Virus record (IMG/VR): IMGVR_UViG_3300017774_004101
Location: 33,362 to 97,361 of that record
Direction: 5' to 3' (one strand)
Source of the DNA: a virus
Taxonomy: Duplodnaviria > Caudoviricetes
Length of the DNA: 64,000 nucleotides
Each line of letters starts with the position of its first letter. Position 1 is the first letter of the stretch. The position numbers were made by a program, and so were the translations under genes. The notes under the pieces were generated by a model that was not told where the DNA came from, did not search any database, and worked only from the letters and a program-made list of their open reading frames with translations. This document shows positions 20,770 through 30,900 of this stretch, piece by piece.

Positions 20770-20985
20770 ATGGCACAAATTAACATTCTTGATGTAAATG
20801 ATAATATCATTGAATCAAATATTACTGAAGAACGAGTAACAGAATTGATAAATAGAGACCTTTCACCTGATGGGTTAGCTTATTATTATTATCCTGGTGA
20901 TGAAGCTCAAATAAATGAGTTTAAATCAACAGAATATTCTGAAAGTATTAGATTTATCAAAAAAATAGAAACTACAAACGAATAA
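20770..20985 (+). CDS. Small acidic protein (tandem paralog 1)
   Basis: NILDVN..IESN..EE...YYYYP...ESIRFIK shared with next ORF. Confidence 0.7.
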   Translation: MAQINILDVNDNIIESNITEERVTELINRDLSPDGLAYYYYPGDEAQINEFKSTEYSESIRFIKKIETTNE

Positions 20986-21000
20986 AAAAAGGAAAAAACT

Positions 21001-21201
21001 ATGTATAATATATTAGATGTAAATGAAACAGTTATAGAATCAAATTTATCAGAAGAAGCAGTAGCATTATTATTAGAAGATACTACTACTACCGGTGGAT
21101 TTTCTTATTTTTATTATCCAATTGAATCGGTAATAATGGAAAAACTTAAAGAAGAAAAAGGCGAATCTATTAGATTTATCAAACCAGTAGTTGCTAATTA
21201 A
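21001..21201 (+). CDS. Small acidic protein (tandem paralog 2)
   Basis: NILDVN..IESN..EE...YFYYP...ESIRFIK. Confidence 0.7.
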   Translation: MYNILDVNETVIESNLSEEAVALLLEDTTTTGGFSYFYYPIESVIMEKLKEEKGESIRFIKPVVAN

Positions 21202-21215
21202 TAGGAAACAAAATT

Positions 21216-21398
21216 ATGGCTAGTATATTAGACTTATATAAAAATTCTATTTTTGCTAAATTAGCAGATAAATCTAAAGATAAGACACCTGTCTCTGAGG
21301 ATGCCTCTTTCAAAGCAAATATAGATGAAGCAAAACTTGCAAAATCTAGAGGTGGTAAGTTGAAAGAAACAAAGTATTCTACTACCGTTAAACCTTAA
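21216..21398 (+). CDS. Small basic hypothetical protein
   Basis: 60-aa ORF tightly packed between neighbours. Confidence 0.6.
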   Translation: MASILDLYKNSIFAKLADKSKDKTPVSEDASFKANIDEAKLAKSRGGKLKETKYSTTVKP

Positions 21399-21408
21399 AT
21401 AAATTTGT

Positions 21409-21981
21409 TTGGCCTTATTAATAAACCATTCCGAAAAGTGGGCGTTTCTTCACATACCTAAAACAGGTGGTAACTCCCTTAGTGAAATTCTTTTAACAAT
21501 TAAAGGAACAGAGTTTGTAACTACCCATAACGATTTATCGGCATTCGGTAATATTGAAAATTATTTTATTTTTACATTTATAAGAAACCCATTTACACGA
21601 TTGGCATCGTGGTATCATCATGAAGTAAGAATGGGCTGTGATAAAACTTTTGGTAATTTTATTAAATCTATTTTTGAACATAATTTCTTATACTATCCTC
21701 AAACATTTTTTTTAAATAATAATAAAACTGAAAAACGAAATATTAGTTTTATAGGTAGGTATGAAAATTACTCAAACGATATAAGTTTCCTATTCCAAAA
21801 ATTAGGACACCCTACTCCTAAAATACCACATCTTAATAAAAATTCTATATACGAAAGACACCCAACTTTAAATCAACATAAATATTATAAATCTTTGTAT
21901 AAGGAAGATTGGATAAAAGATTGGGTTAGAACTAAATATAAAGACGATTTTCAAAATTTTAATTATGAATTGGATATATAA
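21409..21981 (+). CDS. Sulfotransferase (Sulfotransfer_2-like)
   Basis: PAPS-binding FLHIPKTGGNS and FIRNPFTRLASWY, plus FIGRYEN and YKDDFQNFNY; TTG start. Confidence 0.85.
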   Translation: MALLINHSEKWAFLHIPKTGGNSLSEILLTIKGTEFVTTHNDLSAFGNIENYFIFTFIRNPFTRLASWYHHEVRMGCDKTFGNFIKSIFEHNFLYYPQTFFLNNNKTEKRNISFIGRYENYSNDISFLFQKLGHPTPKIPHLNKNSIYERHPTLNQHKYYKSLYKEDWIKDWVRTKYKDDFQNFNYELDI

Positions 21982-22369
21982 AGAAAAGGTCATATCAGAA
22001 ATTTCTGAAATGCCAGAAGGTACAATTGGTTTTATTTATAAAATAACACACAATACCACCGGCCAATATTATATTGGTAAAAAGAGTTTATACTCACATA
22101 GAACTCTAGCCCCATTAAAGGGGTATAAACGAAATCGTAAAGTTGTCAAAGAAATGAAATGGCAGGATTATTGTTCATCAAATGATGTTGTTAAAACATG
22201 GACAAATGAACCAATTACTAAAGAAATCTTACGATTCTGTCAATCAAAGAAATCCCTTACATATTACGAATTACAAGAACAATTTGCAAACAACGTATTA
22301 GCAGATGAAAAATCCCTAAATGAGAACTTAATGGGAAAATTTTTCAAAAGAGATTTGGAAATCTCATAA
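21965..22369 (+). CDS. GIY-YIG family endonuclease
   Basis: GFIYKIT...YYIGKK, with downstream E and N residues. Confidence 0.75.
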   Translation: MNWIYKEKVISEISEMPEGTIGFIYKITHNTTGQYYIGKKSLYSHRTLAPLKGYKRNRKVVKEMKWQDYCSSNDVVKTWTNEPITKEILRFCQSKKSLTYYELQEQFANNVLADEKSLNENLMGKFFKRDLEIS

Positions 22370-22385
22370 ATTTGTTGTATCTTTG
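22354..22385 (+). promoter_or_regulatory. Bacteroidetes-type housekeeping promoter
   Basis: TTTG (22354-57), 20-nt spacer, TATCTTTG (22378-85) matches TTTG-N19-21-TAnnTTTG. Confidence 0.75.
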
Positions 22386-22420
22386 TTAGACTTAATGCAA
22401 ATATAATAAATGTACATAAA

Positions 22421-22452
22421 TTTGGAAATATCAGATTTATTTCGTATCTTTA
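22421..22452 (+). promoter_or_regulatory. Second Bacteroidetes-type promoter upstream of primase
   Basis: TTTG (22421-24), 20-nt spacer, TATCTTTA (22445-52); one mismatch to consensus. Confidence 0.6.
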
Positions 22453-22475
22453 CTATATTAGTAGCGTTATAATAT

Positions 22476-23414
22476 ATGGTATCAAATACAGATAAATTAA
22501 CAATCGTTAGTATTTTAGATGATGTCTTAGGACCAGGTTCGGCCTTAAAGGGAAATGAACAGGCTCATTATTGTCCGTTTTGTCATCATCATAAAAAGAA
22601 ACTTCAAGTGAATTTAGATACACAGCAGTGGCATTGTTGGGTGTGTGATTCTAAGGGTAAGAGGATACAAGGATTACTTAAAAAATTACAAGTAGATGTT
22701 TCTAAACTTCGTAAAGTATATGAGATATATGGAGACGATTATATCGTATCATCTCAAATAGAGGAAGACCAAATTGAATTACGATTGCCAAAAGAATTTA
22801 AATCGTTAATGGAAACCCCAATCGGGTTTAAACCCATATATAAAAAGGTAAAACACTACGCAACACTAAGAGGAATACGAAATTCAGATATTATTAAATA
22901 CAATATTGGATATTGTGATAGTGGATTATATTCAGGTAGAATTATTATACCATCATATGATATAAACAATAAATTAAATTATTTTATTGCCCGTTCCGTA
23001 TTTGATGACGAACCATACAAATATAAAAATCCACCAGTTTCAAAGAATGTAATTATGTTTGAAAACCAAATTAATTGGAACGAAGCCATTACTATTTGTG
23101 AAGGTGCTTTTGATGCAATGGCGGTTAGGAGAAATGCTATTCCAATATTAGGAAAATTTATTCCTAAAAAATTAATGGATAGTATCTATGAAAGAGGGGT
23201 TCGTAATCTAAATATCTTATTAGATACCGATGCACAAGACCAAGCCTTATACTATACAATGTATTTTCAAAAGCAAGGATTCCAAATAAAAAATATTATT
23301 CCATCTGGTAAAGATGCAGCTGATATTGGGTTTACCCAAATCAACAAAATTATCAAAAACAAAATAGAAACAAATTATGAAGATATAATTCTTCAGAAAT
23401 TAAATCAATTATGA
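22476..23414 (+). CDS. DNA primase (zinc finger + TOPRIM)
   Basis: CPFCHHH...HCWVC zinc ribbon; GRIIIP, KYKNP, ICEGAFDA, LDTDAQD, KDAAD. Confidence 0.9.
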   Translation: MVSNTDKLTIVSILDDVLGPGSALKGNEQAHYCPFCHHHKKKLQVNLDTQQWHCWVCDSKGKRIQGLLKKLQVDVSKLRKVYEIYGDDYIVSSQIEEDQIELRLPKEFKSLMETPIGFKPIYKKVKHYATLRGIRNSDIIKYNIGYCDSGLYSGRIIIPSYDINNKLNYFIARSVFDDEPYKYKNPPVSKNVIMFENQINWNEAITICEGAFDAMAVRRNAIPILGKFIPKKLMDSIYERGVRNLNILLDTDAQDQALYYTMYFQKQGFQIKNIIPSGKDAADIGFTQINKIIKNKIETNYEDIILQKLNQL

Positions 23415-24550
23415 TTCACGTAATACCACAACATATTTCAAGAGGTTCTTATACTGCTTGGTATAGATTACTTAATATTAAAGATGAACATATATTTCAT
23501 TCATTTGATGATACTGATGAAATTGAAAGAAAATTAATAGGAGACCCACCCTATGTTAATAAACTAATTGAAAAATTAAATAAAATAAATCCACAATCAG
23601 GCGATGTGGTTATTTTTGATTCTAAATATATTGATTCACATAGAGGTCAGGCAGTAATTGAATCTAATTTAATAGATTTATCTAAAAAATATAACGATTG
23701 TAAATTTGTGTTATTTGAGGATGATAATGCCGTTGAATATATTGATACTGAACGATATACTTTTTTTTCAAATAAATTTTTAGTAAAAGATACTACTGAA
23801 TTACATCATTATGAGCGTAATTGTAATTATTATAGATATCGTAGTGCTTTGCAAGAATATTTTCCACATTTAAAATATATTATTAAAATATTTGATTTGA
23901 ATATTCGTCAGAAAAAAATGAATATGATTATTGGCGTGGATAAAAAAGAACGATTAGAAGTTTTTAAATATGTTTATAATATTGGGTTAGATTCTGATTC
24001 GTGGTTAGGATATAGTGGGTTTGCATGTGATTATGTAGAGGGTGATATTAGTTCTAAATTATTAGAATTTAAAAAAAATAAATTACCGGTAATATTAGAT
24101 ACACCAATGGAAAGAAGTATGCATGGTTCGGTAAATGTTGAAATCCCACCATTACCTATTACTATGACTTCATATATTAGTTGTATTTTAGAAACAATGG
24201 TGGTAGCAGAAGATATTATACATTTGAGTGAGAAATCATGGAATCCATTTATATCAAAAAATATTCCCCTAATTTTAGGTAATAAATATCTAACTCAATA
24301 CCTTAAAGGTTTAGGATTTTGGTTAGCAGAGGATTTATTTGATATAACTCCACAAGATAGTATTCCTGCAATCATTAATCAATACAAACGAAATTTAGAT
24401 ATCATACATAAAATGTCATATGAAGATATTCATTCATACTATGTAAAAAATCAGGCAGGAATTGAACGAAATTTTAGTTTAATAGAAACTATAAAATTTG
24501 AATTTAAATTAGATAATTATCTACAACCAACAAAAAATAAGTTACTATAA
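23411..24550 (+). CDS. Putative glycosyltransferase (GT10-like SEK/TEK family), divergent paralog
   Basis: ILET...HLSEKSWNPF...PLILG...LKGLGF matches the C-terminal motif of 43878, 47454 and 51101. Confidence 0.5.
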   Translation: MIHVIPQHISRGSYTAWYRLLNIKDEHIFHSFDDTDEIERKLIGDPPYVNKLIEKLNKINPQSGDVVIFDSKYIDSHRGQAVIESNLIDLSKKYNDCKFVLFEDDNAVEYIDTERYTFFSNKFLVKDTTELHHYERNCNYYRYRSALQEYFPHLKYIIKIFDLNIRQKKMNMIIGVDKKERLEVFKYVYNIGLDSDSWLGYSGFACDYVEGDISSKLLEFKKNKLPVILDTPMERSMHGSVNVEIPPLPITMTSYISCILETMVVAEDIIHLSEKSWNPFISKNIPLILGNKYLTQYLKGLGFWLAEDLFDITPQDSIPAIINQYKRNLDIIHKMSYEDIHSYYVKNQAGIERNFSLIETIKFEFKLDNYLQPTKNKLL

Positions 24551-24563
24551 CTTAAATTAATTT

Positions 24564-27500
24564 ATGATTATTAACAAAATATATCACTTAGCAGATTTAC
24601 ACATTAGAAATTTGCAAAGACATAAAGAATACAAAGAGGTATTCAAAAAGTTTTTAAAACAAGTAGAAGACGATAAAATTCAAGATTCTATTATTTATTT
24701 AGCAGGGGATATTGCACATGCTAAAACTGAAATGTCTCCTGAACTTATTAGAGAGATTAGTTGGTTTTTAACTGAATGTTCAAAACTAAGAGAAACTTTT
24801 CTAATAACAGGTAACCACGATTGTAACTTAAACAATAACCATAGACTAGATGTTCTTACGCCTATTATCGATAATCTTAATAATCCTCACATCCATTATC
24901 TCCGCGATACTGGTGTTTATAATTATAACAATATTACTTTTGTTGTTTATTCCATATTGGATAAGAAGGAAAATTGGCCGTTGGCTAAGGATATTGAGGG
25001 TGAAAACAAAATCTGTCTTTTCCACGGGCCGGTAAACAAAGCACAAACTGATATTGGGTATGTAGTATCATCAAATTCCTTTACTGTTGATATGTTTGAA
25101 GGATTTGATATGGCAATGTTAGGTGATATCCACAAACGTCAAACATTTGGTGAAGGGTGGGAACACGTAGCATATGCAGGTTCAATGGTTCAACAAAATC
25201 ACGGGGAGATGTTGGAGAATCATGGGTATTTATTATGGGATGTTCCAACTCGTACATTTACGGAACACCATCTTCATAATGATTATGGATTCCTTACAAT
25301 CGATGTAGTCAACGGACAGATACCACAATGGGTATATGATGAGATTGATACAAAATTACCTAAGAACCCACGTTTAAGATTAAGGTTTACCAGTACTGAA
25401 GCATCAGAAATGAAGTTGCGTATTACTGAACTTAAAGAATTATTTAATGTAGCAGAGGTGACGGTAACAAGAACGGATACCATTGGTCAATTAAAGACAA
25501 ATTCAAAATTAAACAAAAATATTGTTGGTAACGTAAAAGATGAAACTTTTCAAAATCAATTGATTAGAGATTATTTAGAAAGACAATTTCTGTTAGAGGA
25601 TTCAGATTTAGATAAAATTTCTGAAATCAATAAGGAGATTAATCACCGAATTGATGATTCTGAATTGGCTGAAAACATTCTTTGGTTGCCTAAGACGTTG
25701 GAGTTCTCAAATATGTTTTCATATGGAGAAGGTAACAAAGTTAGATTTGAAAACGCACAGGGAGTGATTGGTATATTTGCACCAAATGCAAGTGGTAAAT
25801 CATCTCTTTTTGATGCCCTTTCATTTTGTATCTTTGATAAGACATCAAGAAGTTCATCATCAAAAAATATTCTAAATAATCAAAAAGATAATTTCTATTG
25901 TAAATTTAACTTTGAAATTGATGGAGTAGATTACTTCATTGAACGTAGTGCAAGATGGACACGTAAGGGAACTAACCTTTCCGTAAATGTAAACTTTTGG
26001 AAAGAAGATGGGGGAGTTACTACCTCATTAAATGGTGAACAACGTAGAGATACGAATAAAAATATTGAACGATATTTAGGTAAATTTGAAGATTTTGTTC
26101 TAACATCCCTTTCCCTACAAGGAAACAATGCTCTATTCATTGATAAATCACAATCAGAAAGAAAGGAGATACTTTCTCAATTTATTGGTGTAGATATCTT
26201 TGATAAATTATATACGATAGCAGCAGATGAGAATAGAGATAACGCCACTTTAATCAAAAAATTCAAATCTGATGATTTTACTTCTAAGTTAGCCGATATC
26301 AAAACTCAATTGACTGAGTCAACAAATGAATACAAATTAGTTGATATTGAATTGGGTGGAATTAAAACCGAAGAGGAATCTTTAAATAAGGATTTAATTC
26401 GTTTGAATGGTAAAATTATAAAATTAAATTCTGATAATGTTGGAATTGAAGAATTAGAAAAAAGAAAAAGAATTCTTTCTGATAAGGAAACTGAGGTGTT
26501 AAATCTAAAAAATGCTACACAAGACCGCATTGGTAAATTAGAAGCGTTACAATTAGAATTAGAGGAAATTATTGATGGATTTAATGAAGATGAGTTAGAA
26601 ACAAAGATAAACGAATTGGGAGTTGCTAAAACGGATTTGAGTAATACTAAACATGAATTAGATAAATTAGGGATTTGGCATACATCATTGGTTGACAAAA
26701 AAAAACATTTGGATTTACACAAATATAATCCAGAATGTACTATTTGTATGGAAAATTCGGAAACAATCCTACAAAGTAAAGATGAGGTTGAAACAACGTT
26801 AAATGATGTAAATACATATATTACTACTGCAAATACTACAAAGGATGCGTTAGAGTTAACGATTACATCATTGACTCCATATGAGACTGATTGGGTTAAT
26901 TTAACGGATACTAAGGAAAAGGAAACCAAAATTGATAGAGAAATTTCTTCACTTATTAACAAGTTATCAACATCCGAAACTGAGGAAATCAGAGTTCAAA
27001 CACAAATTGCCGAACAAATTAAACTAATTGATGAGTATTATAAGAACGAAGAACAAATCAAAAAGAATGGTGAAATTAGGGAAGAAATCAAATTTGTAAG
27101 AGAAACCCTTGATACTAATAAGATTCAGTTTACAAAAACAAATAAAAAATTATTAGAGTTAAATGGTAGAGTTTCATCCCTACAATCCCAAAGAGATACT
27201 TTAGAGGATAAAATCAAAGAGGTTAAGAATTTAGAGGAACAATCGAAATTATACGAATATTATCTTAATGCACTAAATAAGGATGGGGTATCGTATGAAT
27301 TGATTGAAAAATCTCTACCAATGATTGAGGGTGAGGTTAATAACATTTTGGCACAAATTGTGGAGTTTGGAATGCAATTAGAGATGGATGGTAAAAACAT
27401 CAATGCTTACCTCGTATACGGGGATAATAAGTGGTCTTTGGAGATGTGTAGTGGTATGGAGAGGTTTATCTCTGGGCTTGCAATTAGGGTGGCTTTAATC

Positions 27501-27719
27501 AACGTATGTAACCTTCCTCGTCCTAACTTCCTAGTTATAGATGAAGGGTTCGGAACATTAGATAGTGAGAACCTACAATCCCTATTCATGTTATTCACTT
27601 ATTTGAAGACACAATTCGATTTTGTAATGATTATATCCCATATCGACTCAATGAGAGATGTAGTAGATGGTTTAATAGAAATTAAAAAAACAAATGGATT
27701 TAGCTATGTAAAGTTTTAA
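24564..27719 (+). CDS. Fused Mre11/SbcD nuclease - Rad50/SbcC ATPase (gp47-gp46-like)
   Basis: DLH, GD, GNHD, GDIH phosphoesterase motifs; Walker A APNASGKSS; coiled coil with CTIC hook; signature CSGME; Walker B VIDEGFG; ISH. Confidence 0.92.
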   Translation: MIINKIYHLADLHIRNLQRHKEYKEVFKKFLKQVEDDKIQDSIIYLAGDIAHAKTEMSPELIREISWFLTECSKLRETFLITGNHDCNLNNNHRLDVLTPIIDNLNNPHIHYLRDTGVYNYNNITFVVYSILDKKENWPLAKDIEGENKICLFHGPVNKAQTDIGYVVSSNSFTVDMFEGFDMAMLGDIHKRQTFGEGWEHVAYAGSMVQQNHGEMLENHGYLLWDVPTRTFTEHHLHNDYGFLTIDVVNGQIPQWVYDEIDTKLPKNPRLRLRFTSTEASEMKLRITELKELFNVAEVTVTRTDTIGQLKTNSKLNKNIVGNVKDETFQNQLIRDYLERQFLLEDSDLDKISEINKEINHRIDDSELAENILWLPKTLEFSNMFSYGEGNKVRFENAQGVIGIFAPNASGKSSLFDALSFCIFDKTSRSSSSKNILNNQKDNFYCKFNFEIDGVDYFIERSARWTRKGTNLSVNVNFWKEDGGVTTSLNGEQRRDTNKNIERYLGKFEDFVLTSLSLQGNNALFIDKSQSERKEILSQFIGVDIFDKLYTIAADENRDNATLIKKFKSDDFTSKLADIKTQLTESTNEYKLVDIELGGIKTEEESLNKDLIRLNGKIIKLNSDNVGIEELEKRKRILSDKETEVLNLKNATQDRIGKLEALQLELEEIIDGFNEDELETKINELGVAKTDLSNTKHELDKLGIWHTSLVDKKKHLDLHKYNPECTICMENSETILQSKDEVETTLNDVNTYITTANTTKDALELTITSLTPYETDWVNLTDTKEKETKIDREISSLINKLSTSETEEIRVQTQIAEQIKLIDEYYKNEEQIKKNGEIREEIKFVRETLDTNKIQFTKTNKKLLELNGRVSSLQSQRDTLEDKIKEVKNLEEQSKLYEYYLNALNKDGVSYELIEKSLPMIEGEVNNILAQIVEFGMQLEMDGKNINAYLVYGDNKWSLEMCSGMERFISGLAIRVALINVCNLPRPNFLVIDEGFGTLDSENLQSLFMLFTYLKTQFDFVMIISHIDSMRDVVDGLIEIKKTNGFSYVKF

Positions 27720-27870
27720 CTGCTAATATATTAGTTGGTTTGGGTTTGTTAATTCTTTGTTTAATTAACGACTCTACCAACCCACTTAACGTATACCCGT
27801 GTTCTCTACAATATTCTTGTAGAAGTGCATGGGTATCTTTTTTTATTTGAATTGTCGTATATTTGTTCAT
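27700..27870 (-). CDS. Ribbon-helix-helix (Arc/CopG-like) DNA-binding protein, 56 aa
   Basis: Hand translation MNKYTTIQIKKDTHALLQEYCREHGYTLSGLVESLIKQRINKPKPTNILAVKTLHS shows the strand-helix-G-x-x-x-S-helix RHH pattern; not in ORF track. Confidence 0.75.
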   Translation of the reverse strand: MNKYTTIQIKKDTHALLQEYCREHGYTLSGLVESLIKQRINKPKPTNILAVKTLHS

Positions 27871-27900
27871 TTCTATTGGTTTCTATGGGTTTCCATAGAA
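27871..27900. promoter_or_regulatory. Putative operator (inverted repeat plus extra half-site)
   Basis: TTCTATGG-gttt-CCATAGAA perfect 8-bp inverted repeat (27881-27900) and TTCTATTG 10 bp away (27871-78), directly upstream of the RHH start. Confidence 0.6.
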
Positions 27901-27934
27901 TAAATATAATACAATCTTTTTTACTTATATTTAT
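27900..27934. promoter_or_regulatory. Divergent pair of ATATTTAT motifs (putative phage promoters)
   Basis: Minus-strand copy at 27900-27907 faces the RHH gene; plus-strand copy at 27927-27934 faces the tail fibre. Confidence 0.6.
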
Positions 27935-27954
27935 TACCATAACAAAGGATTCCA

Positions 27955-30900
27955 ATGGCAATAATTAAATCGTTCGCTTCTTATCAAAATTTATCAAACT
28001 TTGGTACATTTATAAATGACCAAGTTAGAACCTCTGAATATTTTAGAATTACAGAATTTAAAGATACGTTTACCGGTGGTAAGAATGGGTTTCTTATAGA
28101 GGGTTCTGAACATTTAAAGGAAACGACTGAAATTAAAATAGAAATATTAGATGTCACCGGTACTCCAATTTATTATGAACCAGGTGATGGTATACCTGAA
28201 TATTACGAAGGAATTTCAAAAATTGTATCCGTGCACGTCTATGAGGATACTCCTATTGGTTTAGGAAAAATTACTGTATTAGGTGAATTAAAAACCTATA
28301 TTGATGAGACGGGTGTAGTTAGAGATGTTCCTGCAGAGTGGCGTGGTATCTATAATATTAAGTGGGAAAGAACATTTAATGTAAATAAAAATCTTGCTAA
28401 TGAAACTATTGTTAGGTTTTATAAAAGACCAAAAATTACAATTGATGAGATAAACAAGCCTATTTTTAACATAACAACCCCATCGGTTACTCAAACGGGA
28501 TTGGTTGAGGGTATACCACAACAACCAGTTTATGGTACTGATATTCGAACTTGGACAGCCGGAACTTTATATAAATTGAAAATTACTGATGGTTCAAATT
28601 GGACATCATCGGTTGATGAAAATACCATAACAATACCATCATTAGGGTATTCGGCAACTATAAGAGAGGTCTTAAATAACAAAGAAATATTTGTAGATGT
28701 TCCGTATCTAATATCATCCTCCGTTTCAAATTTTCCTGCTACTGCCTACACAACTACATTTGACCATATTGAAGGTCAGACGATTATCAACTCGGCGTTG
28801 ACGGGTTCTTTTGCTAAAATTCAACTATCAGATTTAAAAACATTTGTTGGTGATGTAGCAAGAGTAAAAGTTTATAGAAAATCTAGAAACGAAGTTGGTG
28901 ATTACCAATTCATACAAGATACTAAATTAGAATCATCAGAAATACTAAAAGATATAACTACAACTGCTGCTACCGAATTATCTTACGGCCAGTTCACTCA
29001 ATCAAATATAAAAAATTATTGGGTAAGTGGTTCAACTGCACATCCAATTACAATCAATGTAGATAAATTAAACGCATCAGTACAAGTAAATTATAGTGGT
29101 TCAAATTATGATAACCCCGCCCTTTTTATCACATCGCAATCACTTTCTCTAACAGAGGGGGTAGAGTATACTCTTTCATTTAAAACACTCCTAAGTGGTT
29201 CAAATGATTCAACTAAAACTTTAAAAGCTTATTTTAGTGGTTCGGCTTATCCACAACAAACGATTGTAAATGTCACTAATTCGGCCATATATACTACAAA
29301 ACAAAACGTAACTCAAAACGTAAAGGCAACTAAGACCGGAGATGCTAAATTGGTATTTGAGTTTGCTGGAGATGATTGGTATTTAGCAAATGTAAGTTTA
29401 CAAAACGCACAAGAAACTTCTTTTTCGCCTGATGAATTTACTTTAATACAAGATATTCCTCGTAAACTTGCAAGTGAGACATATGATTTTAAATTTGAAT
29501 TTTACGATATAAATAACAATTATATTCCGGTTGATGTAAAAACTTCAAAAACATTTAATGGTGGTAATAGTTTTACAACTACATCCAAAATCTTAACATT
29601 TGAATCAGATAGAACGGCATTTCGTTTTAGTAGTGGTTCGTTTGGTAATCCTGCTTTTCAACAAGTTGGATTCTCAATTGGTAGAACTAATTTAACAGGT
29701 TCAGTTACTTATGCATCTGCAGCATTTGATGTAGGAGGTGATTATATACGACCATCACATTATTCCGCATCCAATGGAACAATTTTACAATATCCTGGTT
29801 TTTTAACCAACGCCGGAGATGGTGGTGCAAGTTTAACTATTGCTAATTTTAGTGGTAGTGTGGCATCGGTAATAGTTGGTTCTATAACTTATACTGCATC
29901 ATGTGATGGGTTAAATGAGTTTGAAACCATTTATAGATTTGAAGATGGAGAAAATGCACCTGGTCTATTTGTAACTGCAAATACAAATCAATTTATTTAT
30001 AAGGCGACTGATTTATCCCTCAATCCATCCGGTCAAATAATTACAATCGAGGCTAAAAGAAAAAATTTAGCATCCGCATCAACTCCATTAACTATAAATT
30101 CTGGAAGTGGAAAACCACCATTAACATTAGTATCTACAAATGCAACCAATGGTGTTGATACTTATACAATAGCCGGTTCATCATATCCATTCTCAACGAG
30201 TGAAACTTCATATTCTATTTCAGGCTCCGACCAATTTGGTAATGTTTTTTCTGATACAATAAAAATAACTCCTGTAAAAATATTAGATGGGTTTTCAGTT
30301 GCAACAAGTAATGAGAATACATCTTTTCCTGCTAATTCAATCGGTTCGGTAATAGGTGGGTTTACTGCAAGTAGTGGTTCTATAACAGTTAAAGTTGGTA
30401 GTGAAGTTATAAATTATTCATCAACATTTGTAACTAATTCATTTAGTGCAAGTATTTCTTCAACGTCTGGTCTAACTCCAAATACATTTAACGGAACAAA
30501 TTATTCAATAAACGCATTATCAGCAGATAGTGGTTCATTAACCCTATTAGTAAAATATAAAGATGGTGGGGAAACAATAATAAGTTCATCAAAAGAAATA
30601 ACATATTCAAAAGTTAAAAAAGCAGCACCGATATTATCTTTTGTAATTGGTAACAATAATCAAACTACTACTGCAAAATCAACAGGCGAACAAATTGATG
30701 CATTTGTAACTGCAAGTTTATCAGTAATTGAAACATATGAGGGAGTTAGTTCTACAAAAATATTAGCATCTGCACCAGATACAACTACTACAAATTCGTA
30801 TACAATTGGTAATAAAACAACTACAACAATTGCGTTACCAAATATGGCAAATGGCACAGATTCGGTTGATATATCTATAACGGGTTCGGTGGTTGATTCT

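Noticed and set aside
21965-22369. GIY-YIG ORF as a mobile homing endonuclease or intron
   Set aside because: Only 134 aa with no DNA-binding extension, and the neighbouring genes are uninterrupted.
26306-26962. 218-aa minus-strand ORF
   Set aside because: Antisense to the Rad50 coiled coil, Ser/Leu/Phe-rich shadow composition, no motifs.
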